A stretch of DNA of 63,722 bases, filler included. It is 6 parts of 6 records of this genome, joined end to end, with 100 filler letters (N's around TTAATTAATTAA, not from the genome) between each part and the next. Parts side by side here need not be neighbours in the genome. Positions count along the whole stretch, not along the records: positions 47,851 to 56,857 come from SRR31147125_13888; positions 56,958 to 63,722 come from SRR31147125_13964; 4 more parts are not named here. One strand, 5' to 3'. The notes beneath the pieces are model-generated. The model was not told the DNA's origin. It saw only the letters and a list, made by a program, of their open reading frames with translations, and ran no database searches. The position numbers and the translations under genes were made by a program. Each line of letters starts with the position of its first letter. Within the stretch, counting starts at the first letter, position 1. Shown here one piece after another: positions 50,621 to 60,492 of this stretch.

Positions 50621-50649
50621 ACACTAGAATGCAATTAATTTCATGTCAA
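50621..50649 (-). promoter_or_regulatory. Sigma70-like promoter for ygeY-arcC-ygeW
   Basis: TTGACA-N17-TAGTGT on the minus strand. Confidence 0.65.
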
Positions 50650-50671
50650 CCAATAAATTGTTTGTCGAGGG

Positions 50672-51294
50672 CTAAAAAATGTTGCGGGGAGCACCGGAGA
50701 AACCGAGACATTGACGATATTCTTCCATCGTATCGATATCAGCGAGAACTGCCGGGGTAGAGAGCTCAACCTCCTGGAGTTCATCGCTCATCGTGGTGAA
50801 AAGACATCGCGCCCCCGATCCCCGCTGATGCGCATCACCGCGGCGAACAGTGAGCGATGCACCAGGACAGGGTTTCCTCTCTTTCCCTGGCATAATGGTA
50901 CGACGAAACCGGATTGCCGGCTGTGAAACGCATCGATCAGCCGGTCGATAACTTCACGATCAATAAACGGCTGATCCCCCAACAGAAACATGGCGCCGTC
51001 AACAGTGCCGGATACGGCGCTGAGGCCGGCGTGCAACGACGTACTCTGGCCGGCTCGATAGTTGCTGTTGACGACAACGCTCACCCCGCTCAGATCAACA
51101 CGCTCGCGGATACGCTCGGACTCGTGCCCCAGCACGACGATCAGATCGTCAAGTTCCGAGCCGGATGCATTGTCGATGACCCTGTCGAGCAGGCAGACAT
51201 CTCCCCATGGCAGGAGCGCCTTCACCCTGCCCATCCGGCTGGACAGCCCCGCAGCCAGCACGATCCCCACTATTTTTAGATTACCGGCCCGCAT
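50672..51294 (-). CDS. mocA: Molybdenum cofactor cytidylyltransferase (MocA/YgfJ), frameshift at ~50812
   Basis: LAAGLSSRMG..KALL, GQSTSL, LGDQP, GNPV; continues GAR...DIDT in the adjacent frame. Confidence 0.88.
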
Positions 51295-51357
51295 TCACTG
51301 TTCACCGGTTGCGAGGCAGTACATACCCACGATGTGATCCGGAAGACTCAACCAGCA

Positions 51358-52395
51358 TCAGCGTCCACCGGCTTTGACCTGGATGATCTCGGCCATGATG
51401 CTGACTGCGATTTCTTCCGCACTCTGAGCCCCAATGTCGAGTCCGATCGGGGAATACACCCGCTCCAGCAGCTTTTCCAATATACCGTTTTCCATCAGGG
51501 CACGGTAGATCGCATCGCGCTTCTTTTTGCTGCCGATCATCCCGATATAGGCCGGAGCGGTTCCGGACCGCAGTACCTGTTCCAGTACCTCCTTATCCGC
51601 ACCGTGCCCCCGGGTCACGATGACAATATAGCTGGAGCCGGTGATGGAAATCCGTGCAAATGTTTCACGATAGTCCATCGCATACAGCTCATCGGCCTCG
51701 GGGAACCGGTCAGGATTGGCGAATTCACCCCGATCGTCACAGACGGTGACATGAAACCCGATGGCCCTGGCGATCGGTACGACCGACTTGGAGACATGCC
51801 CGCCCCCAAAGAGCAGAAGCACAGGTTTGGCCGCAACCGGTTCACAGAAGAAGCGATTGCCCGTCCCGTCCTGCTCCACCAGGTGCGCCTTCCTCAGATT
51901 ACGGGGAAGCTCGGGATCTGCAACAGTGCCGATCCGGGTACCATCATGTTTTACCAGCATCCTCACGTCAGGTTCGGCCCCGTCACCCGCGTCCCTCAGC
52001 AGGGTGACAAGTGTACCCTTGCCACCGTTTCGGATGAGTTCATCAACTTCCCTGAACAGCTCGAGAGCTTTCGAATCCGTGCAGAGAACGGGTTCGAAGA
52101 ACAACTCGATGCTGCCCCCGCAGATCATCCCCTCGTTGGAGACCTCCTCGGCGGTCATCGTGAACGTGGTGAGAGCGGTGATTTTCTGCTCCAGGAGTTT
52201 CCCGGCTTGTTCAACCGCCCTGAATTCTGAGAGACCGCCGCCAATGCTTCCGATCAGATTTCCTTGATCATCGAGCATACAGGCGCTCCCCGTTCCCCGG
52301 GGAACCGACCCTCTGTGTCCTATAACCCTGATTAAGACAACGTCTCGTCCGTCTCTGAGGGCCGCATAGAGTTTCGTATACAGTGCCGCATTCAT
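51358..52395 (-). CDS. XdhC/CoxI-family molybdoenzyme maturation factor
   Basis: GSVPRGTG, GSIGGG, GMICGG, FGGGHVS, VTRGH, YIGMIGSKKK, PIGLDIGA..EEIAVSI. Confidence 0.92.
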   Translation of the reverse strand: MNAALYTKLYAALRDGRDVVLIRVIGHRGSVPRGTGSACMLDDQGNLIGSIGGGLSEFRAVEQAGKLLEQKITALTTFTMTAEEVSNEGMICGGSIELFFEPVLCTDSKALELFREVDELIRNGGKGTLVTLLRDAGDGAEPDVRMLVKHDGTRIGTVADPELPRNLRKAHLVEQDGTGNRFFCEPVAAKPVLLLFGGGHVSKSVVPIARAIGFHVTVCDDRGEFANPDRFPEADELYAMDYRETFARISITGSSYIVIVTRGHGADKEVLEQVLRSGTAPAYIGMIGSKKKRDAIYRALMENGILEKLLERVYSPIGLDIGAQSAEEIAVSIMAEIIQVKAGGR

Positions 52396-53183
52396 CGAAT
52401 CCATCCCTTATCCATCATTACAGACATGTGAATGACCGGTTCTCCGCTCAACTCCCCGACGACAACCCGTCGAAAAAGGTCCCCGCCATCCTTCTTCAGT
52501 AGATCCCCGACCCGCTCCCCGATGCGACGCCTCTCGATACTGTCTGCCTTGTTCAGAAAGGCGAGGATCTCCGAGTCCGGCTTCGTAACGGAAACCGACG
52601 ACAGATCGTGAATGAGCGCTTTGCTGACTGATTCTTCGGTTATCGAGTCGGAAAGCCCCACCCCCGTGGTCTGTGAGAAGAGAGCAGATCTGAACACCCG
52701 CTCTTCCGTCAACGGCTGCCCCACGACATCGAGCCCGACGAGACCGACCACGCGATCCGAGAGCGCGTACACGACCGGTTCATGGGCTGCGCACACCTTG
52801 AGCGAGCGCCCCGCGGCTCCATCCGCCTCGATGACGATGAAATCGAAAAGATTCGAGGCCTTGATCCGATCGATAACCGAGAATTCCAATCCCTTCAGCT
52901 TATTATGTTCCGGCAGCTGTTCAGATACGATCGTAATGTGGGAGAAGTCTTCGAGGAGGAGGGACGCCTTCTCGACAATCTCCTGTGGGGAGCGTGAGAT
53001 AATGGTTGCGGGTGATTCGTCCGGGCCGGGATGCAGGATTTTCGTGGTCGTCGTGGTCAGGACCCTTCTGCCGGTTGCCGTTAGTTCCCGGGCGAGCGCG
53101 TACATCAGGGACGTCTTGCCGCCCGCCCCGACGATACTGACAACCCCCCGCTCGCCTAAGGCGAGTGCTGCCTGGAGGTTCAT
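52392..53183 (-). CDS. yqeC: Selenium cofactor biosynthesis protein YqeC
   Basis: SIVGAGGKTSLM, TTTTKI, IEADGA.GRSLK...HEP, LNKAD. Confidence 0.92.
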   Translation of the reverse strand: MNLQAALALGERGVVSIVGAGGKTSLMYALARELTATGRRVLTTTTTKILHPGPDESPATIISRSPQEIVEKASLLLEDFSHITIVSEQLPEHNKLKGLEFSVIDRIKASNLFDFIVIEADGAAGRSLKVCAAHEPVVYALSDRVVGLVGLDVVGQPLTEERVFRSALFSQTTGVGLSDSITEESVSKALIHDLSSVSVTKPDSEILAFLNKADSIERRRIGERVGDLLKKDGGDLFRRVVVGELSGEPVIHMSVMMDKGWIR

Positions 53184-54016
53184 CGACGTCTCTTCTCACC
53201 GGGGAAATCAAAGGCCCCCAGAATGGCTTCAAGCACGGCTCCGCCAATCGCGCGGGACTTCTCCGATACCGAAGAACAGTAGTGCGCCTGCCCTCGGGGA
53301 TCGATGTCCCCGATTTTCATCCCTAGGTTCACCGTCGTACCGTCCCGGATGAGCCCGCGCAGGGTGCCGTCGATTCGCGCGACAGCCTCCTGTCCCTCCA
53401 CCGAACCGATTACGTCATTCTGCCTGACGGTGTCGGTTATCCTGCGTTCGGCGTGAAAAATCCCCCTGCACGGCGCCCGCACCACTCGTTCGGAGGTATA
53501 GCCGCCGATGGAGCCGGGAATGCCCGTATCTGCAGCCGCCGGGCCTTCTGAGATCACGCGCCCGAGATCATGTCCGCGCATGGTTTCGACCACCCGGTCC
53601 ACATCATCTCCTGCTGTGAACCCGGGGCCGAGACCGATAACCAGGGGACCATCCGTACGCGTTGTCCCGAGATTTTTCTTCGCAAGAATGGCATCGACGA
53701 CGACCTGCGGTCTAACCCGCTTCACGAGGTCCCAGCCGGGATCGACCAGAACGGGGATAGTGCCGTTGTCCCAGGCCCGGTTCATCCCATCTGTATCCTC
53801 AGTAAGAACGGCGGTAACACCCTCGACAACGTATTCACCGTCGTGAACCGCCTCACAGAAAGAGACCATTCGACGTACCGCGAGAGGAGACTCGATCTCC
53901 ATCATGAATATCCGGGTAAACCCCGACCTGCGAAGACGCACCGCGACGCCGGTGGCCATTTCTCCAGCTCCCTTTATCGCGACGATGCTCGCGCCGCGGT
54001 CGATCAACCCCGCCAT
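53180..54016 (-). CDS. yqeB: Selenium-dependent molybdenum cofactor protein YqeB
   Basis: KGAGEMATGVA, AVRRMVSF, DAILAKKNLGT, GLGPGF, ETMRGH, GDIDPR, SEKSRAIGG. Confidence 0.93.
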   Translation of the reverse strand: MAGLIDRGASIVAIKGAGEMATGVAVRLRRSGFTRIFMMEIESPLAVRRMVSFCEAVHDGEYVVEGVTAVLTEDTDGMNRAWDNGTIPVLVDPGWDLVKRVRPQVVVDAILAKKNLGTTRTDGPLVIGLGPGFTAGDDVDRVVETMRGHDLGRVISEGPAAADTGIPGSIGGYTSERVVRAPCRGIFHAERRITDTVRQNDVIGSVEGQEAVARIDGTLRGLIRDGTTVNLGMKIGDIDPRGQAHYCSSVSEKSRAIGGAVLEAILGAFDFPGEKRRR

Positions 54017-54056
54017 GTTATTTCCCTTGTCTGCACTACGACAGTGAGTGGCCGGC

Positions 54057-54551
54057 TCACTCCCGACTCTGCCGCTTACCGTCTTCTTCAGAATCGACAC
54101 AGTGCTCGACTGCCCGGATTATCCCTTCATAGCCGGTACAGCGGCAGAGGTTGCCCGCATGCCCCCTGCGGATGTCCTGCCTGGTAACCTCCCGCCCCTT
54201 GTGCTTCTCCACAAATGCTGTGGAAGCCATCACCAAGCCGGGAGTACAAAATCCGCACTGGACACTGCCGGTATCGAGATAGGCCTGCTGCACCTGGGTC
54301 AACTCACCGCTTTTGCATTCACCCTCTACCGTCCGAACGGCCTTGCCATCGACCCTGACCGCGAGATAGAGACACGAATCGACGGGCACTCCATCAATCA
54401 GCACGGTGCAGGCGCCGCACTCACCGACGCCGCAGCCTTCCTTGACGCTGGTATAACCGTGTTCCCGCAATACCTCGGCAAGAGACATGCGCACATCGAT
54501 CTGCCATGTTGTCGGCTTCGTGTTTATCGTGCAGGAAACGTTTCTGATCAT
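54057..54551 (-). CDS. xdhC: Xanthine dehydrogenase [2Fe-2S] subunit
   Basis: GCGVGECGACTV, QCGFCTPG, GNLCRCTGY. Confidence 0.93.
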   Translation of the reverse strand: MIRNVSCTINTKPTTWQIDVRMSLAEVLREHGYTSVKEGCGVGECGACTVLIDGVPVDSCLYLAVRVDGKAVRTVEGECKSGELTQVQQAYLDTGSVQCGFCTPGLVMASTAFVEKHKGREVTRQDIRRGHAGNLCRCTGYEGIIRAVEHCVDSEEDGKRQSRE

Positions 54552-55426
54552 GATATTTCCACCCCATTTCGCCTCACGGCTTCTCGCACTACCCGCCTGG
54601 AGAGCGTTTTGATGATCTGTTCACGGAAATCCTTGGCGGCACGCCAGGAGTCACGCGGGCGCAGGTCGTCAAGTACGGATTCGGCCACAAGATCGAGCAG
54701 TGCGTGATCGGCTGCAGCCCCCCGGCATTTATCCTCGGTACTCCAGCACCTGAGTGGTGTCGGCCCGGCGACGACAAAGGCGAGGCGAAGCCCCTCCACC
54801 ACATCCCCGTCAAGTTTACAGGCGGCTCCGCACCCGATGGTGGCGATATCCATCGCGTCCCGCATCGCATACTTACGGTAGTGCCCGGACCACCCGTTAT
54901 AATCCTCCTCACCGATTCGCAGACAGGTCATTATCTCCCCGGCTTTGAGATCAACCTGACCGGGACCCTGGTAAAATTCCGCCAGCGGTACCGCACGGAT
55001 GCCATCGGGGCCTTTCAGTTCTACCCGGGCATTGAGCACCAGCAGCGGCGCCGCTGAGTCTGCGCTGGGTGCCCCGTTGCAGATATTGCCGCCGATGGTG
55101 GCGACATTTCTCACCTGAGGACCACCCACCGACGCACCTCCCTCCGCCAATACGGGTATGCGCGAATTCACCATGCTATCTTCACACAACCTGGTGAAGG
55201 TAACCCCGGAGCCGATCACAATCACGCCGGACGGACCTTCTTTGATCTGTGCGAGTTCTTCGACATCGTGGATGTCCACGAGTTGTCGATAGTCGGGGTG
55301 GTGATTGTGGAGGCGGACAAGCACATCGGTACCCCCGGCGATCGGGACCGCCCCCGGGTTCCGGGACAGGAGCGCGATCGCCTCATCCACCGTATGTGCC
55401 TTCGTGTAGCTGTCGATATCAAACAT
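54548..55426 (-). CDS. xdhB: Xanthine dehydrogenase FAD-binding subunit
   Basis: IAGGTD, QVRNVATIGGN, PSADSA, KYAMRDAMDIA. Confidence 0.93.
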   Translation of the reverse strand: MFDIDSYTKAHTVDEAIALLSRNPGAVPIAGGTDVLVRLHNHHPDYRQLVDIHDVEELAQIKEGPSGVIVIGSGVTFTRLCEDSMVNSRIPVLAEGGASVGGPQVRNVATIGGNICNGAPSADSAAPLLVLNARVELKGPDGIRAVPLAEFYQGPGQVDLKAGEIMTCLRIGEEDYNGWSGHYRKYAMRDAMDIATIGCGAACKLDGDVVEGLRLAFVVAGPTPLRCWSTEDKCRGAAADHALLDLVAESVLDDLRPRDSWRAAKDFREQIIKTLSRRVVREAVRRNGVEIS

Positions 55427-55441
55427 GGTGATCCACCCGTG

Positions 55442-56857
55442 TTAGAGCAATCCTGCTCGCTTGAAGTATTTGTAGATGATCTTGGAAGTCATGGGCAACT
55501 CGTTGATCGCCACACCGGTCGCATCCAGGATGGCGTTACGAATTGCCGGCGGCGGAGAAATGACCGGCGGCTCGCCCAGCGATTTGGCCCCGTACGGATG
55601 CGATGGTTCATGGGTTTCGACGAAGGCCGAGCCCAGATCCGGGATATCCATGATCGTCGGCACCTTGTAATCGAGCAGGTTGTTGTTGTAGATCTTCCCT
55701 GAGCCCGGATCGACCATGAGCTCCTCATAAAGAGCCATACCGATCCCCATCGCCATACCTCCGTGAACCTGCCCCTCCGCACCGACCGGATTGATAACCA
55801 CACCGCAGTCGTGGACATTGATGATCTCGTTGATCGTGACGCTGCAGAGCGGAATATCGATGGTTACATCGACGAACGTGCAGCCGAACACGTGGGGATT
55901 ATTCCGGACCTTGTCACTGACCTCCGCGGTAATCTGTCCCCCGCGGTTCTTGTCGTAGTAAGCATCCAGAGCCACATCGCGCACGGACATGACCGCGATA
56001 TGCGGAGTCTTCGCAATCACGATATTATCGTTGGCAATCGAGATGATTCCGGCGTCGAGCCCGGTTATCGTGCTCGCATGGGCGAGGATCTTCCCCCTCA
56101 ACTGTTCTGCGGCATGCATGACCGCCTGACCGCTCACATACGTCTGCCGGGACGCGTACGCCCCGGTATCGAACGGGGACACATCGGTATCCTGAGCCGA
56201 TATAACATGCACCTTTGCAACGGACACGCCGGTCGTCTCCGCTACCATCTGGGCGAACACCGTATCCGATCCCTGTCCGATTTCGGTGGCGCCGACCTGC
56301 AGGTTGACGGAACCGTCCTGATTCAGGATGAGCCGCGCGCTACCCGCTTCCAGGCAGGCGGGATACGTTCCCGAGCCGTAACTGAAAATCGCCATGCCGA
56401 GTCCGTGGCGGGTTGGCCCGGTCCGGGAACGGGAGCGATCGCTTCTTTTCCGATCCCAGTCGATCAGCCTGCGGCCCTTTTCAATACTGTCGAGCAGTCC
56501 GCAGGTCATGATCGGCTTCTTGCTGAGCCGGCTCATGTCCCCTGCCCGGGCACCGTTTTTCAAGCGGAACTCGACCGGATCCATCCCGATCGTCTGCGCC
56601 GCCTCCTCCATGATGGACTCGACCGCAAACGCGATCTGCGGAGAGCCGTAGGCTCGCATCGCGCCGGCCGCCGGGATGTTGCCATAAACGGTTTTCGCGC
56701 TGCAGCCATAGATCGCCCGGGGATACATGTAGTGGGTTTTCGCAACCCCGGCCGATACGACCGAGTGCCCATGGGAGGCATAGGCGCCGGTATTCGACAG
56801 CGCATCCAGGTTGATGAGCCTGACCGTGCCGTCGTCGTTGAACCCGACCTCAACCTT
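55442..56857 (-). CDS. xdhA: Xanthine dehydrogenase molybdopterin subunit, 5'-truncated
   Basis: GAYASHGH, AMRAYGSPQ, EIGQG, AYASRQT, EGQVHGG, GAKSLGEP; frame open to the linker. Confidence 0.93.
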   Translation of the reverse strand, partial: KVEVGFNDDGTVRLINLDALSNTGAYASHGHSVVSAGVAKTHYMYPRAIYGCSAKTVYGNIPAAGAMRAYGSPQIAFAVESIMEEAAQTIGMDPVEFRLKNGARAGDMSRLSKKPIMTCGLLDSIEKGRRLIDWDRKRSDRSRSRTGPTRHGLGMAIFSYGSGTYPACLEAGSARLILNQDGSVNLQVGATEIGQGSDTVFAQMVAETTGVSVAKVHVISAQDTDVSPFDTGAYASRQTYVSGQAVMHAAEQLRGKILAHASTITGLDAGIISIANDNIVIAKTPHIAVMSVRDVALDAYYDKNRGGQITAEVSDKVRNNPHVFGCTFVDVTIDIPLCSVTINEIINVHDCGVVINPVGAEGQVHGGMAMGIGMALYEELMVDPGSGKIYNNNLLDYKVPTIMDIPDLGSAFVETHEPSHPYGAKSLGEPPVISPPPAIRNAILDATGVAINELPMTSKIIYKYFKRAGLL

Positions 56858-56957
56858 NNNNNNNNNNNNNNNNNNNNNNNNNNNNNNNNNNNNNNNNNNN
56901 NTTAATTAATTAANNNNNNNNNNNNNNNNNNNNNNNNNNNNNNNNNNNNNNNNNNNN
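56858..56957. other. Artificial contig linker
   Basis: N44-TTAATTAATTAA-N44. Confidence 0.99.
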
Positions 56958-57614
56958 TTTTTTATTCATTATATCATTAATTACTATATCTTCCAAGACC
57001 CATTTTTCTCTCTCAACATCGTATCTACCTTTATTTGCAGTTATTATTCTTTGAATAGTCTCCATTTTTTCATCTAAAACTACAATCTGCATATTAGATG
57101 CTAACATTTTATCGCCATTCATAACTCTTATGTAATAGAGATAACTTCCTTCACCCTTTATATAAATCTCTGCTTTTATTTTAGGTATCTTAATCTGATT
57201 ATAGAGTTTCTCTTTTTTCATTTTACGATATTTTTTATTTGATGGCGCTACTACATTGTCATAAAACCAAAACATAAAAATTGAAATTAATAAGCTCACA
57301 ATTATTGGATATTTAATTATTCTCAAAAAACTAGTTCCTGATGTTTTTAGTGCAATTATCTCTAAACTGCTTGCCATCTTATTCATTACAAGTAAGCCAC
57401 CCAATATTATTGCTAAAGGCATCAGCTGTGTCATCACCCCAGGAATCGAAAGACTCATGTAATACATTGCATCTTTAAAATTCATTTTACCATCCAATAC
57501 ATAAGATACTGTTTTGAATATTTGGCTTACCATAAATATAGTCACAAAAGCTATTAGAGCAATGAAACATGATTTTATATAGTTTTTTATTATGTAGATA
57601 TCTATTTTATTCAT
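56958..57614 (-). CDS. lptG: LptF/LptG-family permease (LptG position), 3'-truncated
   Basis: [24 protein letters not shown]. Confidence 0.85.
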
Positions 57615-58697
57615 TTATCTGCTCCTAGATTTTCTAAAATACGTTATCAATGTATAAAGTCCTAAAATTACATTTGGCATAGCCATTGCAAGAACTGGTT
57701 CTAGTCTTCCTTTTTTTGCCAACATAATAAAAGCTTGAATAAATGATACATAAACGAATATAACAAATATACTTATACCAAAACTAACTCCCTTACCTGA
57801 TCTACTATTTGTTACTGATAACAGGATTCCTAATATAGAAAGAGCTATAATTGAAGCTGGTATATATATTTTCTTATAATATTCAATTTCGTATTTAATA
57901 GGGTCTTTTCCTGCTTTTTCCATCGTTTTTATCTCTTTTTTTAAACCTGTAATACTCATATTTTGCGGTTTAACTTTTTCTCCTGTGAAATCTCCAAAAA
58001 ATGAAACAATTGGAATGACTCTTTCGTCAAAAGCCCCTTCAAGCTCTTGAGATCCCTCACTATTAATTTGATAAAATTTAGTATCTTCTAAAATCATTTT
58101 TGAACTTTTCCATGTTGATTTATTTGAAATCATTACAGTTGGATAAATACTATCTTTTTCTTTTTTTATTAATACTAAGCTCTCAGCAACCGTAGAATTT
58201 GGTTTCAATTTATTGATATAAACGCTATAATCTCCAATTCCTGTAACAAAAAACTTCTCTTCCAATTGAACAGATGGTTTCGTATAAGCTATTTTTCTAC
58301 TTAATAGACGTAAATTACTTCCAGCCTGTGGAACCACTGACTGGTTCAAAAAGTAGATAAAAAACATAAAAATTAAACTTAATTTAAATGTAGGTTTAAT
58401 TAACCTATTTAAGCTTACTCCTACAGATTCCATTGCAATAACCTCACTATTAGATGAAAATGATCCAAATGTTATCATGACACCTAAAAAAACCCCCATC
58501 GGAATTGTTTCCGAAAAAATAGGGGGTAAAGAGTAAGATAAAAGTGCAACCACATCACCGATTGGAACACTTTTAACTAGTAAATTTTCCATCATCTGTA
58601 CTAATAAATCTATTAAAAACATAAAACTAAAGAGACTGATTCCAAAAATAATAGGAAGTGTAAGTTCTTTGTATATATATTTATCAAGTGTTTTCAT
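57615..58697 (-). CDS. lptF: LptF/LptG-family permease (LptF position)
   Basis: TLDKYI, IPMGVFLG, SEVIAMESVGVS, RSGKGVSF, MPNVI. Confidence 0.87.
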   Translation of the reverse strand: MKTLDKYIYKELTLPIIFGISLFSFMFLIDLLVQMMENLLVKSVPIGDVVALLSYSLPPIFSETIPMGVFLGVMITFGSFSSNSEVIAMESVGVSLNRLIKPTFKLSLIFMFFIYFLNQSVVPQAGSNLRLLSRKIAYTKPSVQLEEKFFVTGIGDYSVYINKLKPNSTVAESLVLIKKEKDSIYPTVMISNKSTWKSSKMILEDTKFYQINSEGSQELEGAFDERVIPIVSFFGDFTGEKVKPQNMSITGLKKEIKTMEKAGKDPIKYEIEYYKKIYIPASIIALSILGILLSVTNSRSGKGVSFGISIFVIFVYVSFIQAFIMLAKKGRLEPVLAMAMPNVILGLYTLITYFRKSRSR

Positions 58698-58703
58698 TAA
58701 ATA

Positions 58704-59252
58704 CTACCCCTTTTTATTCAGTGACTCCTTTAATGCTTTTTTCATTTTTTCTTTATCTGTGTAAGTTTTAATTAATTCTCCCACATCTTCAGGAAGCATA
58801 GGAAGCACTACTGAAGATACTTTTTCATAAGTGATAACAGAAAAACTTGTTTGAACTTGCTTTTCAACAACTTTACTGTAGTTTGCCATGAAGATACATG
58901 CATAGACAACAATTGACATAAAAATTGCCGCCTTAAATACTCCCAGAACTGCACCTAACACCTTAAAAACTTTACTATTTAAAGTTTGTTTCAAACCATT
59001 TTTTATTAACTTTAGTAAAAAAGAAACAATAATAAAAGTTACTATAAAAACTACGGCATAAATAATCATAGAAGCTGATTCCCCGTTATTTGATGTCTTT
59101 AATCGCTCAAATACAATTGGGGTAAGTTTTTTTGACAAAGCAATATTGAAAAGTAAGCCAAATAAAGATAAAAACTCAACTAATATTCCTCTTCTATATC
59201 CCAAAACAATAAATAATAAAATTACCACTGCAAGTGCAATATCAATATACAT
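58704..59252 (-). CDS. cvpA: CvpA-family membrane protein
   Basis: IDI...GYRRGILVEF, LGAVLGVFKA. Confidence 0.85.
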   Translation of the reverse strand: MYIDIALAVVILLFIVLGYRRGILVEFLSLFGLLFNIALSKKLTPIVFERLKTSNNGESASMIIYAVVFIVTFIIVSFLLKLIKNGLKQTLNSKVFKVLGAVLGVFKAAIFMSIVVYACIFMANYSKVVEKQVQTSFSVITYEKVSSVVLPMLPEDVGELIKTYTDKEKMKKALKESLNKKG

Positions 59253-59275
59253 GTTCTCCTCCTATAAATAGTTTT

Positions 59276-60463
59276 TTATCTATTTCTAACCCTAACCCAA
59301 AGACATTTTAAATAAAGTGTTTCTGGAATATGTAAAATCCAAGGATGATCATCAGGCTGATAGTTTATTCCTACAACTTCTAATATTTTTCCGTTTTCTG
59401 AGGCAGCCATTCTGCTTACTTCGATTAAATCTTGAAGAGCAATACTATAAGCACAAGTAATTACTCCAACGATGCCGTTATCTTCTATTATTTTAAAGGC
59501 ATCTTTACATAATCGAAAAAAGAAATCTCTCCCTTTTCTTAGTTCGCTTTTCCTCTTAATAAGTGATGGTGGGTCAAGAGTTATTACATCATATTTTTCG
59601 CCACTCTCAACTATATCATTCAAGAGCTCAAAAGCATCTCCTTCAAGTGTTTTAAATTCTGAATCAAATTCATTTAATTTGTAATTTTCATGACAAAGTT
59701 GCAGTGCATAGCTATCTTTATCCACTGCTGTAACTTTTTTACATCCTTCTTTTAATGCTGCCACTGAAAATCCACCACTTGAAGAGAATACATCTAAAAA
59801 TTTAGTATCTTGATTTAAGTATTCTCTGATAAATTTTCTTGAATCTCTTTGGTCAAGAAAAAATCCTGTTTTTTGTCCGTTAACAATATCAACAGTATAC
59901 TTTAAACCATTATCATTCATGATTATTTTATCAGGTATCTCACCAAAAATTATTCCGGTTTGCTCTCCAACTCCTTCATGAACTCTATTTTCTACATCTG
60001 ACCTTTCATATATTCCTAAAGGTTTTGCTATCTTTTTAAACGCATTAATTATCTCTTTTTTATAAACCTCTATACCTGAGTTTCTAAATTGAATAGACAA
60101 GTATCTATCAAACATATCTACTATTAGTCCCGGTATTCCATCTGCTTCTGAGAAAAATATTCTTGAAGCATTTGTTTCTTCTTTTAAATGACTTCTTCTT
60201 TTAAATGCTTCTTTGATTTTTTTTTCAAAGAATTTTTTATCGATTATTTCATCTTCTATTGTAGTTAAAACTCTTACTAGAATGTTTGTATTATCATTTA
60301 TATAACCTTTTCCTGCAAATTCAAGGTTTTCATCACATACCTCTACTATATCGCCTGTAGTATATTTTCCCATTACTGCTTTTACTTCATCTTTGAAAAC
60401 ATTTGGATAAAAATTTCTAATTTTACCATCTTTTCCTTTTTTTAGTATTACTCTTGTCGCCAT
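59276..60463 (-). CDS. RlmI-like class I SAM-dependent rRNA methyltransferase
   Basis: PUA-like N-terminus, SEADGIPGLIVD, GQKTGFFLDQR, LDVFSSSGGF, LDPPS, DHP...YLK. Confidence 0.9.
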   Translation of the reverse strand: MATRVILKKGKDGKIRNFYPNVFKDEVKAVMGKYTTGDIVEVCDENLEFAGKGYINDNTNILVRVLTTIEDEIIDKKFFEKKIKEAFKRRSHLKEETNASRIFFSEADGIPGLIVDMFDRYLSIQFRNSGIEVYKKEIINAFKKIAKPLGIYERSDVENRVHEGVGEQTGIIFGEIPDKIIMNDNGLKYTVDIVNGQKTGFFLDQRDSRKFIREYLNQDTKFLDVFSSSGGFSVAALKEGCKKVTAVDKDSYALQLCHENYKLNEFDSEFKTLEGDAFELLNDIVESGEKYDVITLDPPSLIKRKSELRKGRDFFFRLCKDAFKIIEDNGIVGVITCAYSIALQDLIEVSRMAASENGKILEVVGINYQPDDHPWILHIPETLYLKCLWVRVRNR

Positions 60464-60492
60464 TTCAATCCTCTCTAAACACTTCTTATTTT

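Noticed and set aside
47851-56857. Selenocysteine recoding in the selenium cluster
   Set aside because: No in-frame TGA interrupts the genes; the breaks in arcC and mocA are frameshifts, and this system uses a labile Se cofactor
51334-56905. Long plus-strand ORFs (298, 246, 219, 380 aa) opposite the xdh/yqe genes
   Set aside because: Antisense shadows expected at high GC; the minus-strand genes carry all the family motifs
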